Assembly (NCBI GenBank): GCA_002418945.1
Contig: DIFC01000046.1
Span: 1-17,632, forward strand
From: Deltaproteobacteria bacterium UBA5758
Lineage (GTDB): Bacteria > Desulfobacterota > Syntrophorhabdia > Syntrophorhabdales > Syntrophorhabdaceae
Length of the DNA: 17,632 nucleotides
Reading direction: 5' to 3'
Shown here one piece after another: positions 1 through 7,710 of the stretch. Under the pieces are notes generated by a model that ran no database searches, was not told the origin of the DNA, and was given only the letters and a program-made list of their open reading frames with translations. Each line of letters starts with the position of its first letter. Position 1 is the stretch's first letter. Both the position numbers and the translations under genes were made by a program.

Positions 1-38
1 AAGATTTAATATGAGGCAATTCGCCTGGCAAGAAAGTG

Positions 39-67
39 TTGACAATACGCACCCTTTTGATTACTAT
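39..67 (+). promoter_or_regulatory. Putative sigma-70-type promoter for the gap-pgk-tpiA-secG block: TTGACA (39-44), 17-bp spacer, TACTAT (62-67)
   Basis: Exact -35 consensus with 17-bp spacing to a 4/6 -10 match, 27 bp before the gap start codon. Confidence 0.55.
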
Positions 68-94
68 AAGACAAAAAAATAGTGGGAGGTTGTT

Positions 95-1093
95 ATGGCC
101 GTGAAGGTTGCTATAAATGGTTTTGGAAGGATCGGAAGGCTTGTCCTCAGGGCAGGCTTGGGAAGCAAGGACGTGGAATTTGTCGCAGTGAACGATATTA
201 CAGATCCGAAAACGCTTGCCCACCTGTTAAAATATGATTCTGTGCACGGAATTATGGATGCCGAGGTGAAGGCAAAAGAGAATGCGATAATGATTAACGG
301 CAAAGAAGTGAAGGCTTATTCGATAAAAGAGCCCGAGACGCTGCCGTGGAAGGACCTGGGTGTAGATGTGGTTCTTGAAAGCACCGGCAAGTTCACCGAC
401 AGGGCAGGCGCCGAAAAACATTTAAAGGCAGGCGCAAAGAAGGTTGTTATATCGGCGCCCGCAAAGAATCCCGATGTGACATTTGTGCTGGGCGTAAATC
501 AGGAGGTCTACGACAAGACGAAGCATCACGTCATATCCATGGGATCCTGTACGACGAACTGCCTTGCGCCGATAACAAAGATACTTCAGAGGGAGTACGG
601 CATCGAGTATGGTCTTATGACCACTATCCACGCCTTCACGAACGACCAGGTAGTCCTTGACGAGCCCCATAAAGACCTCAGGCGGGCGCGCGCCGCTGCG
701 CTTTCTATGATACCGACAACGACAGGCGCTGCAAAGGCCATATCCGAGGTCATCCCTGAACTAAAAGGCAAGCTCGACGGCATGGCGATACGGGTGCCGG
801 TTCCCAATGTGTCCGTTGTCGATTTTGTGGCTATTGTTTCGGCAAAGGTAACGAAAGAAGACGTCAATGCAAAATTCAAGACCTACGCGGCAGGACCGAT
901 GAAGGGCATCCTCCTGTGTTCCGAGGACCCGCTTGTTTCCAAGGATTTCAACACCAATCCCCATTCCTCTATTGTTGACCTGGAGTATACCAATGTAATC
1001 GGCGGCAATATGGTCAAGGTGTTGTCCTGGTACGACAACGAATGGGGCTTCTCGAACAGGATGCTGGAGCTTCTTTCCTTTATCATGAAGTAG
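95..1093 (+). CDS. gap: Type I glyceraldehyde-3-phosphate dehydrogenase
   Basis: 332 aa; INGFGRIGR NAD-binding motif, SCTTNCLAP active-site cysteine motif, WYDNEWGFSNRM C-terminal motif; GGGAGG ribosome-binding site. Confidence 0.97.
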   Translation: MAVKVAINGFGRIGRLVLRAGLGSKDVEFVAVNDITDPKTLAHLLKYDSVHGIMDAEVKAKENAIMINGKEVKAYSIKEPETLPWKDLGVDVVLESTGKFTDRAGAEKHLKAGAKKVVISAPAKNPDVTFVLGVNQEVYDKTKHHVISMGSCTTNCLAPITKILQREYGIEYGLMTTIHAFTNDQVVLDEPHKDLRRARAAALSMIPTTTGAAKAISEVIPELKGKLDGMAIRVPVPNVSVVDFVAIVSAKVTKEDVNAKFKTYAAGPMKGILLCSEDPLVSKDFNTNPHSSIVDLEYTNVIGGNMVKVLSWYDNEWGFSNRMLELLSFIMK

Positions 1094-1123
1094 GTATAAC
1101 GAACAGAGAAAGGCAGGACATGT

Positions 1124-2314
1124 ATGAAGTCTATAGACCAGGTTGATGTGAGCGGAAAACGGGTACTGATTCGCGTCGATTTTAATGTACCTGTTGACGC
1201 AAGCGGAGACGTTGCCGACGATACGCGGATAAAGGCTCATTTCCCCACAATAAATTACTGTCTAGACAGGGGCGCAAAGGTGATCCTCATGTCCCACATG
1301 GGGAGGCCCAAGGGCGCCAGGGTCGACAAGCTTTCCCTGAAGCCTGTTGCGGAAAGGCTTTCGAAGCTCATACAGAAACAGATACTCTTCGTCGATGACT
1401 GCATCGGCGAAAAGGCAGAGACCGCCATAGCCGCCATGAAAGAGGGCGATATCGTACTCCTTGAGAATCTAAGGTTCCATATCGGCGATGAGAAGAACGA
1501 TAGCGACTTTGCCCGCACGCTTTCCGGGCTCTGCGATGTCTATATCGACGACGCCTTTGCGGTCTCCCACAGGAAGGCCGCGTCAAATACGGCGATCACC
1601 GAATTTGTGAAGGTCTGCGCTGCAGGTTTTCTTTTAAAGAACGAGATAGACTACTTTCAGAAGGCCATGGGCAGTCCGGAGAGGCCCTTTGCGGCCATTA
1701 TCGGAGGCGCAAAGGTTTCGGATAAGATAGGTGTGTTGGAGAACCTCATCGAAAAGGTGGATCGCCTTATCGTCGGCGGCGGGATGGCATTTACATTCAT
1801 CAAAGCCCTTGGATATGAGGTCGGTAATTCTCTGTGTGAAAAAGAGATGCTCGATAAGGCAAAGAGCATTATGGAAAAGGCAAAGTCAAGGGGCGTGAAA
1901 CTCTGCCTGCCCGTTGATTGCGTTGTGGCAGAAAAGGCGTCAGCCGACGCAGAGGCGAAGGTCAGCAGCATTGAGGAGATCCCGGCAAACGGCATGGGCC
2001 TAGATATAGGGCCGGCGACCATAGCGCTCTTCTCAGGGGCTTTAAAGGACGCGAAGACGATCGTCTGGAACGGTCCTATGGGCATGTTCGAGATCGACGC
2101 CTTCAGCAAGGGGACCTATGAAGTGGCTTCGTCGGTAGCGGCATCGGGTGCGCTCTCGATCATCGGGGGCGGGGACACCGACGCGGCGGTGCACCGCGCG
2201 GGGGTGAGCTCAAAGATATCCTACATCTCAACAGGGGGCGGAGCGTTCCTTGAGCTTCTTGAGGGGAAGACGATGCCTGCCGTTGAGGCGCTTGAAAAGT
2301 GTGGAGATAAATAA
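1124..2314 (+). CDS. pgk: Phosphoglycerate kinase
   Basis: 396 aa; RVDFNVP, SHMGRPKG, LLENLRFH, GGAKVSDKIGVLENL, WNGPMGMFE, GGGDT motifs. Confidence 0.97.
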   Translation: MKSIDQVDVSGKRVLIRVDFNVPVDASGDVADDTRIKAHFPTINYCLDRGAKVILMSHMGRPKGARVDKLSLKPVAERLSKLIQKQILFVDDCIGEKAETAIAAMKEGDIVLLENLRFHIGDEKNDSDFARTLSGLCDVYIDDAFAVSHRKAASNTAITEFVKVCAAGFLLKNEIDYFQKAMGSPERPFAAIIGGAKVSDKIGVLENLIEKVDRLIVGGGMAFTFIKALGYEVGNSLCEKEMLDKAKSIMEKAKSRGVKLCLPVDCVVAEKASADAEAKVSSIEEIPANGMGLDIGPATIALFSGALKDAKTIVWNGPMGMFEIDAFSKGTYEVASSVAASGALSIIGGGDTDAAVHRAGVSSKISYISTGGGAFLELLEGKTMPAVEALEKCGDK

Positions 2315-3072
2315 TGAGAACATGGATGGTTGCCGGAAACTGGAAAATGAACAACACGATCCGCGAGGCGATAGACCTTGCGAAGGACGTGAGGGACAGA
2401 GCCGCGGGGGCCAAGGGCGGAGAGGTGGTGCTGGCCCCGCCGTACACTGCGCTGCAGAGCGTCTATGAAACGATAAAAGGCTCTCAGATCCTGCTCGCCG
2501 CGCAGAATATCTATTTTGAGGACAAAGGCGCCTACACCGGCGAGGTGTCGCCTGCCATGCTGAAGGATGCAGGCTGTACCTACGTTATCGTCGGGCACTC
2601 GGAGAGAAGAAAATATTTCCACGAGACCGATGAAGGCGTCAACATGAAGGCAAAGAAATGCTTACTGTCAGGGCTGAAGCCGATCATATGTGTGGGCGAA
2701 ACTGAGACCGAAAGGGAAAAGGGGGTCACTGAATTCGTCATCGGTATTCAGGTAAAAAAGGCCCTCTCCGGCATCGATACCCTTGACAACGTTGTTATCG
2801 CCTACGAGCCTGTGTGGGCTATCGGCACCGGCAAGAACGCAACGCCGATAGAGGCGGAGGAGGTCCACAGGTTTATCAGGAACATCGTGGGCGACATGTA
2901 CGGCGATATATGCAAAAAAATAATGATCCTTTACGGCGGAAGCGTAACGCCCGACAATATTGGAGAACTGATCAATATGGAAGACGTTGATGGGGCGCTT
3001 GTCGGCGGAGCATCCTTGAAAATTGACAGCTTTCTTGGTATAATAAGGAACATTACGGAGAAACAGAAATGA
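2314..3072 (+). CDS. tpiA: Triosephosphate isomerase
   Basis: 252 aa; AGNWKMN, VIVGHSERR, VIAYEPVWAIGTGK, LYGGSVTPDN motifs; overlaps pgk stop by 1 nt (TAATG). Confidence 0.97.
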   Translation: MRTWMVAGNWKMNNTIREAIDLAKDVRDRAAGAKGGEVVLAPPYTALQSVYETIKGSQILLAAQNIYFEDKGAYTGEVSPAMLKDAGCTYVIVGHSERRKYFHETDEGVNMKAKKCLLSGLKPIICVGETETEREKGVTEFVIGIQVKKALSGIDTLDNVVIAYEPVWAIGTGKNATPIEAEEVHRFIRNIVGDMYGDICKKIMILYGGSVTPDNIGELINMEDVDGALVGGASLKIDSFLGIIRNITEKQK

Positions 3073-3368
3073 TGACGGTTATTTCAATAATTCATGTGGT
3101 AGTTGCTGTGGCCCTAATCTTTATCGTTCTCCTTCAGACAGGAAGGGGATCTGAGATCGGGGCAGCCTTCGGAGGCGGCTCCAGCCAGACGCTGTTCGGG
3201 AGTTCGGGTTCATCAGGCTTTATGACGAAGCTTACTACCGCGGCGGTCGTCATCTTTATGGTGACGAGCCTCGGCCTGGCATATATTTACAGCCACAGAG
3301 AAGCTGGATTGAAGATAGCTCCTGTTCAAACAGAAGAGAATGTACCTCCTGTCCAGGAGAAAAAATGA
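3069..3368 (+). CDS. secG: Preprotein translocase subunit SecG
   Basis: 99 aa with two hydrophobic segments, LLQTGRGSEIGAAFGGGSSQTLFGSSG signature; ATGA overlap with tpiA. Confidence 0.93.
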   Translation: MMTVISIIHVVVAVALIFIVLLQTGRGSEIGAAFGGGSSQTLFGSSGSSGFMTKLTTAAVVIFMVTSLGLAYIYSHREAGLKIAPVQTEENVPPVQEKK

Positions 3369-3370
3369 GT

Positions 3371-3455
3371 GCCGAAGTGGTGGAATTGGCAGACACACCA
3401 TCTTGAGGGGGTGGCGGGGAGACCTGTGCGGGTTCAAATCCCGCCTTCGGCACCA
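3371..3455 (+). tRNA. tRNA-Leu, anticodon GAG, CCA encoded
   Basis: Acceptor stem GCCGAAG/CTTCGGC, anticodon stem CCATC/GGTGG with loop TTGAGGG, long variable arm, T-arm GCGGGTTCAAATCCCGC, terminal ACCA. Confidence 0.96.
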
Positions 3456-3646
3456 TATAACTATTTGTTTCATTAGAATAAATACCCCGTAAAATCTGGT
3501 TCTATTTTTAAGAGCGATAACCTTTCGTATCATCTTTATGATACTGAGCCGTCGAACATTACTTTGTTGAATGTTGCAGATGGTATTCAGTAATACTTTT
3601 AAAAATATTTTATGATATAATAAATAATATATTGGGTGGGGTTACT

Positions 3647-4279
3647 ATGGGATGGAAAAACATTATACTGGATTTTGACGGAACACTTATTGATTCACAG
3701 CATCTTTTTCTTGCCTGTGCAAACGAATTAAGCGAGGTATTCGGATATGAACCGATCGACCAGATCTCAAGGCTGCGCGAGAAAAGCACGCCCTCCGTGC
3801 TGACTGACGTGCTGGGTCTGCTGCCTGAACAGATACCTCTATGGATGCAGAAATTAAAGGACAGGCTTAGTAACAATATACGCAGCGCTGTTACAGTCAA
3901 GGGGATGAAAGAAGCCCTCTTTGCCCTGCGGGATGACTATCGTCTGGGCATATTGACATCGAACTCTGAAGAGACGGTGAGGCATATTCTTGTTAGAGAT
4001 GGTATTGGACAAGTCGATTTCATATGGGCTGACGCATATGTATTAGAAAAGGATAGGGCTATCGAGGGGGCGGTGGCAAAATATGCCCTTTCTCGGGAAG
4101 AGACGGTTTATGTCGGGGATGAGGTAGGAGATGTTGACGCCTGCCGAAAAGTGGGTATCAAGATTATCGCTGTGTCCTGGGGCTTCAACTCCAAAAAAAT
4201 ACTTGAAAGAAAGGAACCGGACTATCTGGTTGAAACGCCGATGCAGTTACGTTCCATCTTAAAAACTTATGATATTTAA
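3647..4279 (+). CDS. HAD-superfamily hydrolase, phosphoglycolate phosphatase-like
   Basis: DFDGTLIDS motif I, ILTSNS motif II, YVGDEVGDVDACRKVG motif IV; ATG at 3647 preceded by GGGTGGGG (track start 3632 is an upstream TTG). Confidence 0.85.
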   Translation: MGWKNIILDFDGTLIDSQHLFLACANELSEVFGYEPIDQISRLREKSTPSVLTDVLGLLPEQIPLWMQKLKDRLSNNIRSAVTVKGMKEALFALRDDYRLGILTSNSEETVRHILVRDGIGQVDFIWADAYVLEKDRAIEGAVAKYALSREETVYVGDEVGDVDACRKVGIKIIAVSWGFNSKKILERKEPDYLVETPMQLRSILKTYDI

Positions 4280-4306
4280 GGGGTGTTGTTGCAATATTGA
4301 AACCCC

Positions 4307-4335
4307 TTGACAACTTATTGAAATAGCGTGAGAAT
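4307..4335 (+). promoter_or_regulatory. Possible sigma-70-type promoter for the response regulator: TTGACA (4307-4312), 17 bp, GAGAAT (4330-4335)
   Basis: Consensus -35, 17-bp spacer, 4/6 -10 match in the 101-bp gap before the response regulator. Confidence 0.4.
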
Positions 4336-4380
4336 GAATAGAATAGTGAAAACAAAAACATTTAAATGTAAAGGGTTGAT

Positions 4381-5034
4381 ATGACTATACGCTTAATTCT
4401 GGCTGACGATCACAAAATAGTACGAGAGGGGCTTCGTGCCATCTTTGAAAAAATAACCGATGTTGAAGTGATTGCAGAGGCCGAGGATGGATTGGAAACA
4501 GTGCGACTCGCCAAAAAATTGCTGCCGGACATTGTGATCATGGATATAGGCATGCCCAATATGAACGGCATCGATGCTACCCGTCAGATCATAGCAGAGA
4601 CCAAGGGCGTAAGGGTGCTTGCGCTATCCACGCACACAGACAGCAAGTTTGTAATGCAAATGCTGGGTGCAGGCGCATCGGGATACCTCCCCAAGGATTG
4701 TACCTGCGAGGAGCTTGTAGCGGCGCTTCATGCGGCAATCACAAACCAGCTTTATCTAAGTCCGCGGATAACTGATGTGGTGATAAGAGAGTACCTCCAT
4801 AATCTCCCCAAAAGGGAGCCTTCCGTATTTACCATACTAACAACCCGTGAGCGGGAAGTGCTTCAAATGATGGCCGAGGGAAAAACAACAAAAGAGATTG
4901 CATCAAGGCTTAATGTAAGCGTAAAAACAGTTGATACCCATCGCCAGCAGATAATGGCGAAGCTCAATATTCACAGCATTGCAGAGCTTACGAAATATGC
5001 GATTCGCGAGGGGATCACCTCCCTCGAACCTTAA
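4381..5034 (+). CDS. NarL/FixJ (LuxR)-family response regulator
   Basis: 217 aa; receiver domain ADDHKIVREGL, IVIMDIGMPNMNG phosphoacceptor region, SGYLPKD; LuxR-type HTH LTTREREVLQMMAEGKTTKEIASRLNVSVKTVDTHRQQIMAKL. Confidence 0.93.
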   Translation: MTIRLILADDHKIVREGLRAIFEKITDVEVIAEAEDGLETVRLAKKLLPDIVIMDIGMPNMNGIDATRQIIAETKGVRVLALSTHTDSKFVMQMLGAGASGYLPKDCTCEELVAALHAAITNQLYLSPRITDVVIREYLHNLPKREPSVFTILTTREREVLQMMAEGKTTKEIASRLNVSVKTVDTHRQQIMAKLNIHSIAELTKYAIREGITSLEP

Positions 5035-5287
5035 GTCGCCTCGCACCCGTACAGCCATCTTCTGTACTAATTTTCATACATTTGGAAGGTCAAAATCATA
5101 CTTTCGCCGATTGTCGACAGCCTAAATGGCGTGTACACTTGTAAAATAGAGCAAAAGCAAACAAGGAGGCGATAGAGTATTCGGTAGATAAGATATAACG
5201 ATTGATATAGGCATTAATGGTAAGCAATTTCTAGGATGCTGTGATATATGTTATGGGAAGTATCAAATAAAAAAAGGGGGCTACGAA

Positions 5288-6361
5288 ATGAATCCTGGAA
5301 AAACAGAAAGATGGGTAGTTTCTTTTCAAGAATGCGGAAAGGATGACGCCGGTTTAGTAGGGGGCAAGTCTGCCAACCTGGGAGAAATGTGCAAACTGGG
5401 AATCCCTGTCCCGCTGGGATTCACCGTTACGAGCGAAGTAAATAAAAGATTCTTCGAAATTACCAGCAATGAAAAAAAGATCGAGGAATTCCTCAGTAAG
5501 TTTCCCGAGAAGCCGACCGCCATTGATGAATTTAACGAAATAGCCAACTACGTTCAAAACCTTATTGAATCAACAGAGATCCCGGTAGAATTTCAAAAGC
5601 CAATCTCCGAGGCATACAGTGGTCTATGTGACAGGTATAAGGTAAAAGATGTTCCTGTGGCCGTCAGATCAAGCGGTGTAGCGGAAGACATGGCAATGGC
5701 AAGCTTTGCCGGGCAATACGATTCATATCTCAATGTGCAGGGCACGGAGGAGGTCTTCAAAAACGTGCTGAAGTGCTGGGCCAGTGCATTTACTCCACGC
5801 TGCATATCGTATCGTATCAAGAATAATTTGCCTATTTTCTCGAAAGCTGTCTCAGTGGCGGTTGCAGTGCAAAAAATGGTCAGGTCTCGTGCCTCCGGGG
5901 TAGGATTTACCGTTAATCCGAATACGGGCAATAAAACAAAGATAGTGCTCGAAGGTAATTGGGGAGTAGGTGAAAGCGTAGTTCAGGGGATAGTGGAACC
6001 GGACAGGTTCGAAGTTGATAAGGAGACGCTTAGAGTAGTAAATGCAGAAATCCGCTGCAAGCAGAAACAGGTCGTATTCTCAGAAAAGGGCACCATAGAG
6101 CAAGACGTTCCTGCGGAAAAACAGAAGACACCTTGTATAGCGCACTGTGAGGCTGAGATGGTGGCAAAGTGCGCAAAGATGGCTGAAGAATATTATGGCT
6201 TGCCCCTGGATATAGAGTGGGCCATAGACACAGATCTCGAATTTCCCCAGAATGTCTTTTTAGTGCAGGCGCGCCCTGTTACTGCGATGGCCACAGAAAG
6301 AAGCGCAACGGAAAAGATCCTCGATTTTTTGTGCACCCGTACATTCCCGGTGAGCCATTAA
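5288..6361 (+). CDS. PEP synthase-like nucleotide-binding (PEP/pyruvate-binding) domain protein, stand-alone; probable phenylphosphate synthase beta-like subunit (PpsB-like)
   Basis: 357 aa; GGKSANLGEMCKLGIPVPLGFTVT, VAVRSSGVAEDMAMASFAGQYDSYLNV, GNWGVGESVVQG, terminal VFLVQARPVTA; ends where full-length PpsA would continue into the phosphohistidine domain. Confidence 0.85.
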   Translation: MNPGKTERWVVSFQECGKDDAGLVGGKSANLGEMCKLGIPVPLGFTVTSEVNKRFFEITSNEKKIEEFLSKFPEKPTAIDEFNEIANYVQNLIESTEIPVEFQKPISEAYSGLCDRYKVKDVPVAVRSSGVAEDMAMASFAGQYDSYLNVQGTEEVFKNVLKCWASAFTPRCISYRIKNNLPIFSKAVSVAVAVQKMVRSRASGVGFTVNPNTGNKTKIVLEGNWGVGESVVQGIVEPDRFEVDKETLRVVNAEIRCKQKQVVFSEKGTIEQDVPAEKQKTPCIAHCEAEMVAKCAKMAEEYYGLPLDIEWAIDTDLEFPQNVFLVQARPVTAMATERSATEKILDFLCTRTFPVSH

Positions 6362-6378
6362 AAAACAGGAGAGTTATT

Positions 6379-7614
6379 ATGCCAAGAAGCATTGTCATCA
6401 TTGGGACCTTGGACACCAAATCTGAAGAAATTCTTTTCGCTAAGGAGCAGATCGAGCTTAGAGGTCATAAGGCGATCGTAATGGACATGAGTGTGGGCAG
6501 CAAACCGTCAGTCAAGGGGGATATTACCAGCCAGGAGGTGGCAAGGGAAGGCGGGGGCGACATAAAGGCGATATGGGGAAATCCGGATAGACCGAAGATC
6601 AACAAGATCATCACCGATGGCGCCATAAAGATATGCAACGAGCTCCTGAAGGAAGGAAAATTGGATGGGATTCTCTGTATCGGCGGCGCGGGCGGCACGC
6701 TTATCGGAACAGACGTGATGAAGGGTCTCCCTTTCGGGGTACCCAAATTTGTCATCTCCAGCAATGCAGCGCTTCCTGGATTTTCGTCAAAATATTTTGG
6801 CACAAAAGACATCACCATGATGCACACGATGGTAGATATTGCCGGATTGAATGATATCCTGAAGACTCTCTTAAGCCAGGCAGCCGGCGCTATTTGCGGA
6901 ATGGCAGAGGCATTTGCAATGTCGCCTCATACAACGTCCGATGCGGAGAAAAGGAAGTCTTCGGTTGCGCTCTGTGAGCTCATGGCGAGCGCAAAATGCA
7001 TCAGCAATATCAAGCGCCTCCTTGAAGAAAATGGTTATCAGGTAACTGTATTCATGGCAACCGGTGTTGGAGATACGGCAATGGAGGAGCTCATCAGCCA
7101 GGGGCTTTTTGATGCCGTATTGGATCTGTCTCCGGGAGGCATCATCGACAGCTTTATCGATGGCGGCACACGCAAGGCCTGCAAGGTAAGGTTGGAATCG
7201 GCAGGGCTCAAAGGGATTCCACAGGTCATCGTTCCTGGGGGGTTAGATTTTATTACGCCGCTGCTCTCAAAGTATAAACCGGAATATGATGAGCGAAAGA
7301 TCTTCAGGCCGGACAAGCTCAGGCAGCTCATCAGATCCAATATTGATGAATTAACCCGTGCCGCCGAAGTAATCGCCAAAAAGCTCAATGCAGCTAAGGG
7401 ACCTGTAAAATTCATAATACCCCTGAACGGGTGGTCCAGGGTCGACGGACCCGGAAGGCCTCTTTACGATCCTGAGGCGAATGCGGCATTTGTGAAAGAA
7501 TTGAGAAGACAGCTCAAGCCGGAAATTGAGGTCCGGGAGATCGATGCATGGATAGAAGACCCGGTCTTTGGCGATGTCCTGGTTGAGGCGCTCAATGAAA
7601 TGATGCACAAATAA
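6379..7614 (+). CDS. Tm-1-like ATP-binding domain protein (UPF0261 family)
   Basis: MPRSIVIIGTLDTKSEEILFAKEQIELRGHKAIVMDMSVG N-terminus, GGAGGTLIGTDVMKGLPFGVPKFVISS, C-terminal NGWSRVDGPGRPLYDPEAN; ATG at 6379 preceded by CAGGAGAG (track start 6217 overlaps the previous gene). Confidence 0.85.
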   Translation: MPRSIVIIGTLDTKSEEILFAKEQIELRGHKAIVMDMSVGSKPSVKGDITSQEVAREGGGDIKAIWGNPDRPKINKIITDGAIKICNELLKEGKLDGILCIGGAGGTLIGTDVMKGLPFGVPKFVISSNAALPGFSSKYFGTKDITMMHTMVDIAGLNDILKTLLSQAAGAICGMAEAFAMSPHTTSDAEKRKSSVALCELMASAKCISNIKRLLEENGYQVTVFMATGVGDTAMEELISQGLFDAVLDLSPGGIIDSFIDGGTRKACKVRLESAGLKGIPQVIVPGGLDFITPLLSKYKPEYDERKIFRPDKLRQLIRSNIDELTRAAEVIAKKLNAAKGPVKFIIPLNGWSRVDGPGRPLYDPEANAAFVKELRRQLKPEIEVREIDAWIEDPVFGDVLVEALNEMMHK

Positions 7615-7641
7615 GATGCCTTCACATATAAGGAGGTGGTG

Positions 7642-7683
7642 TTGTATGGCAGGTGCTTTCTTATAGTTTCAGAAGCATCCTAA
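7642..7683 (+). other. Possible leader/mini ORF(s) behind an orphan Shine-Dalgarno: TTG-started 13 codons (7642-7683) or ATG-started 6 codons MAGAFL (7646-7666)
   Basis: AAGGAGG at 7630-7636 followed at normal spacing by TTG (7642) or ATG (7646) but only very short frames, upstream of the ligase gene. Confidence 0.25.
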
Positions 7684-7710
7684 TACACAAAGAAAGGGAA
7701 GGAGGAAAAG

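Noticed and set aside
761-1240. 159-aa minus-strand ORF plus other antisense ORFs across gap, pgk and tpiA
   Set aside because: Antisense to highly conserved glycolytic genes and with no domain signatures
3213-3533. Minus-strand ORFs at 3213-3533 and 3256-3456 (MVPKAGFEPAQ... type)
   Set aside because: They overlap the antisense of tRNA-Leu and secG; the GFEPA-type peptide is the well-known false translation of a tRNA reverse complement
5127-5141. Sigma-54-like TGGCGTGTACACTTG upstream of the PpsB-like gene
   Set aside because: There is no GG-N10-GC: the expected GC positions read TG, so the core is not met
6217-6378. N-terminal extension of the UPF0261 ORF in the track
   Set aside because: It overlaps the 3' end of the PpsB-like CDS, and the family N-terminus MPRSIVIIGTLDTK starts at ATG 6379 with its own RBS
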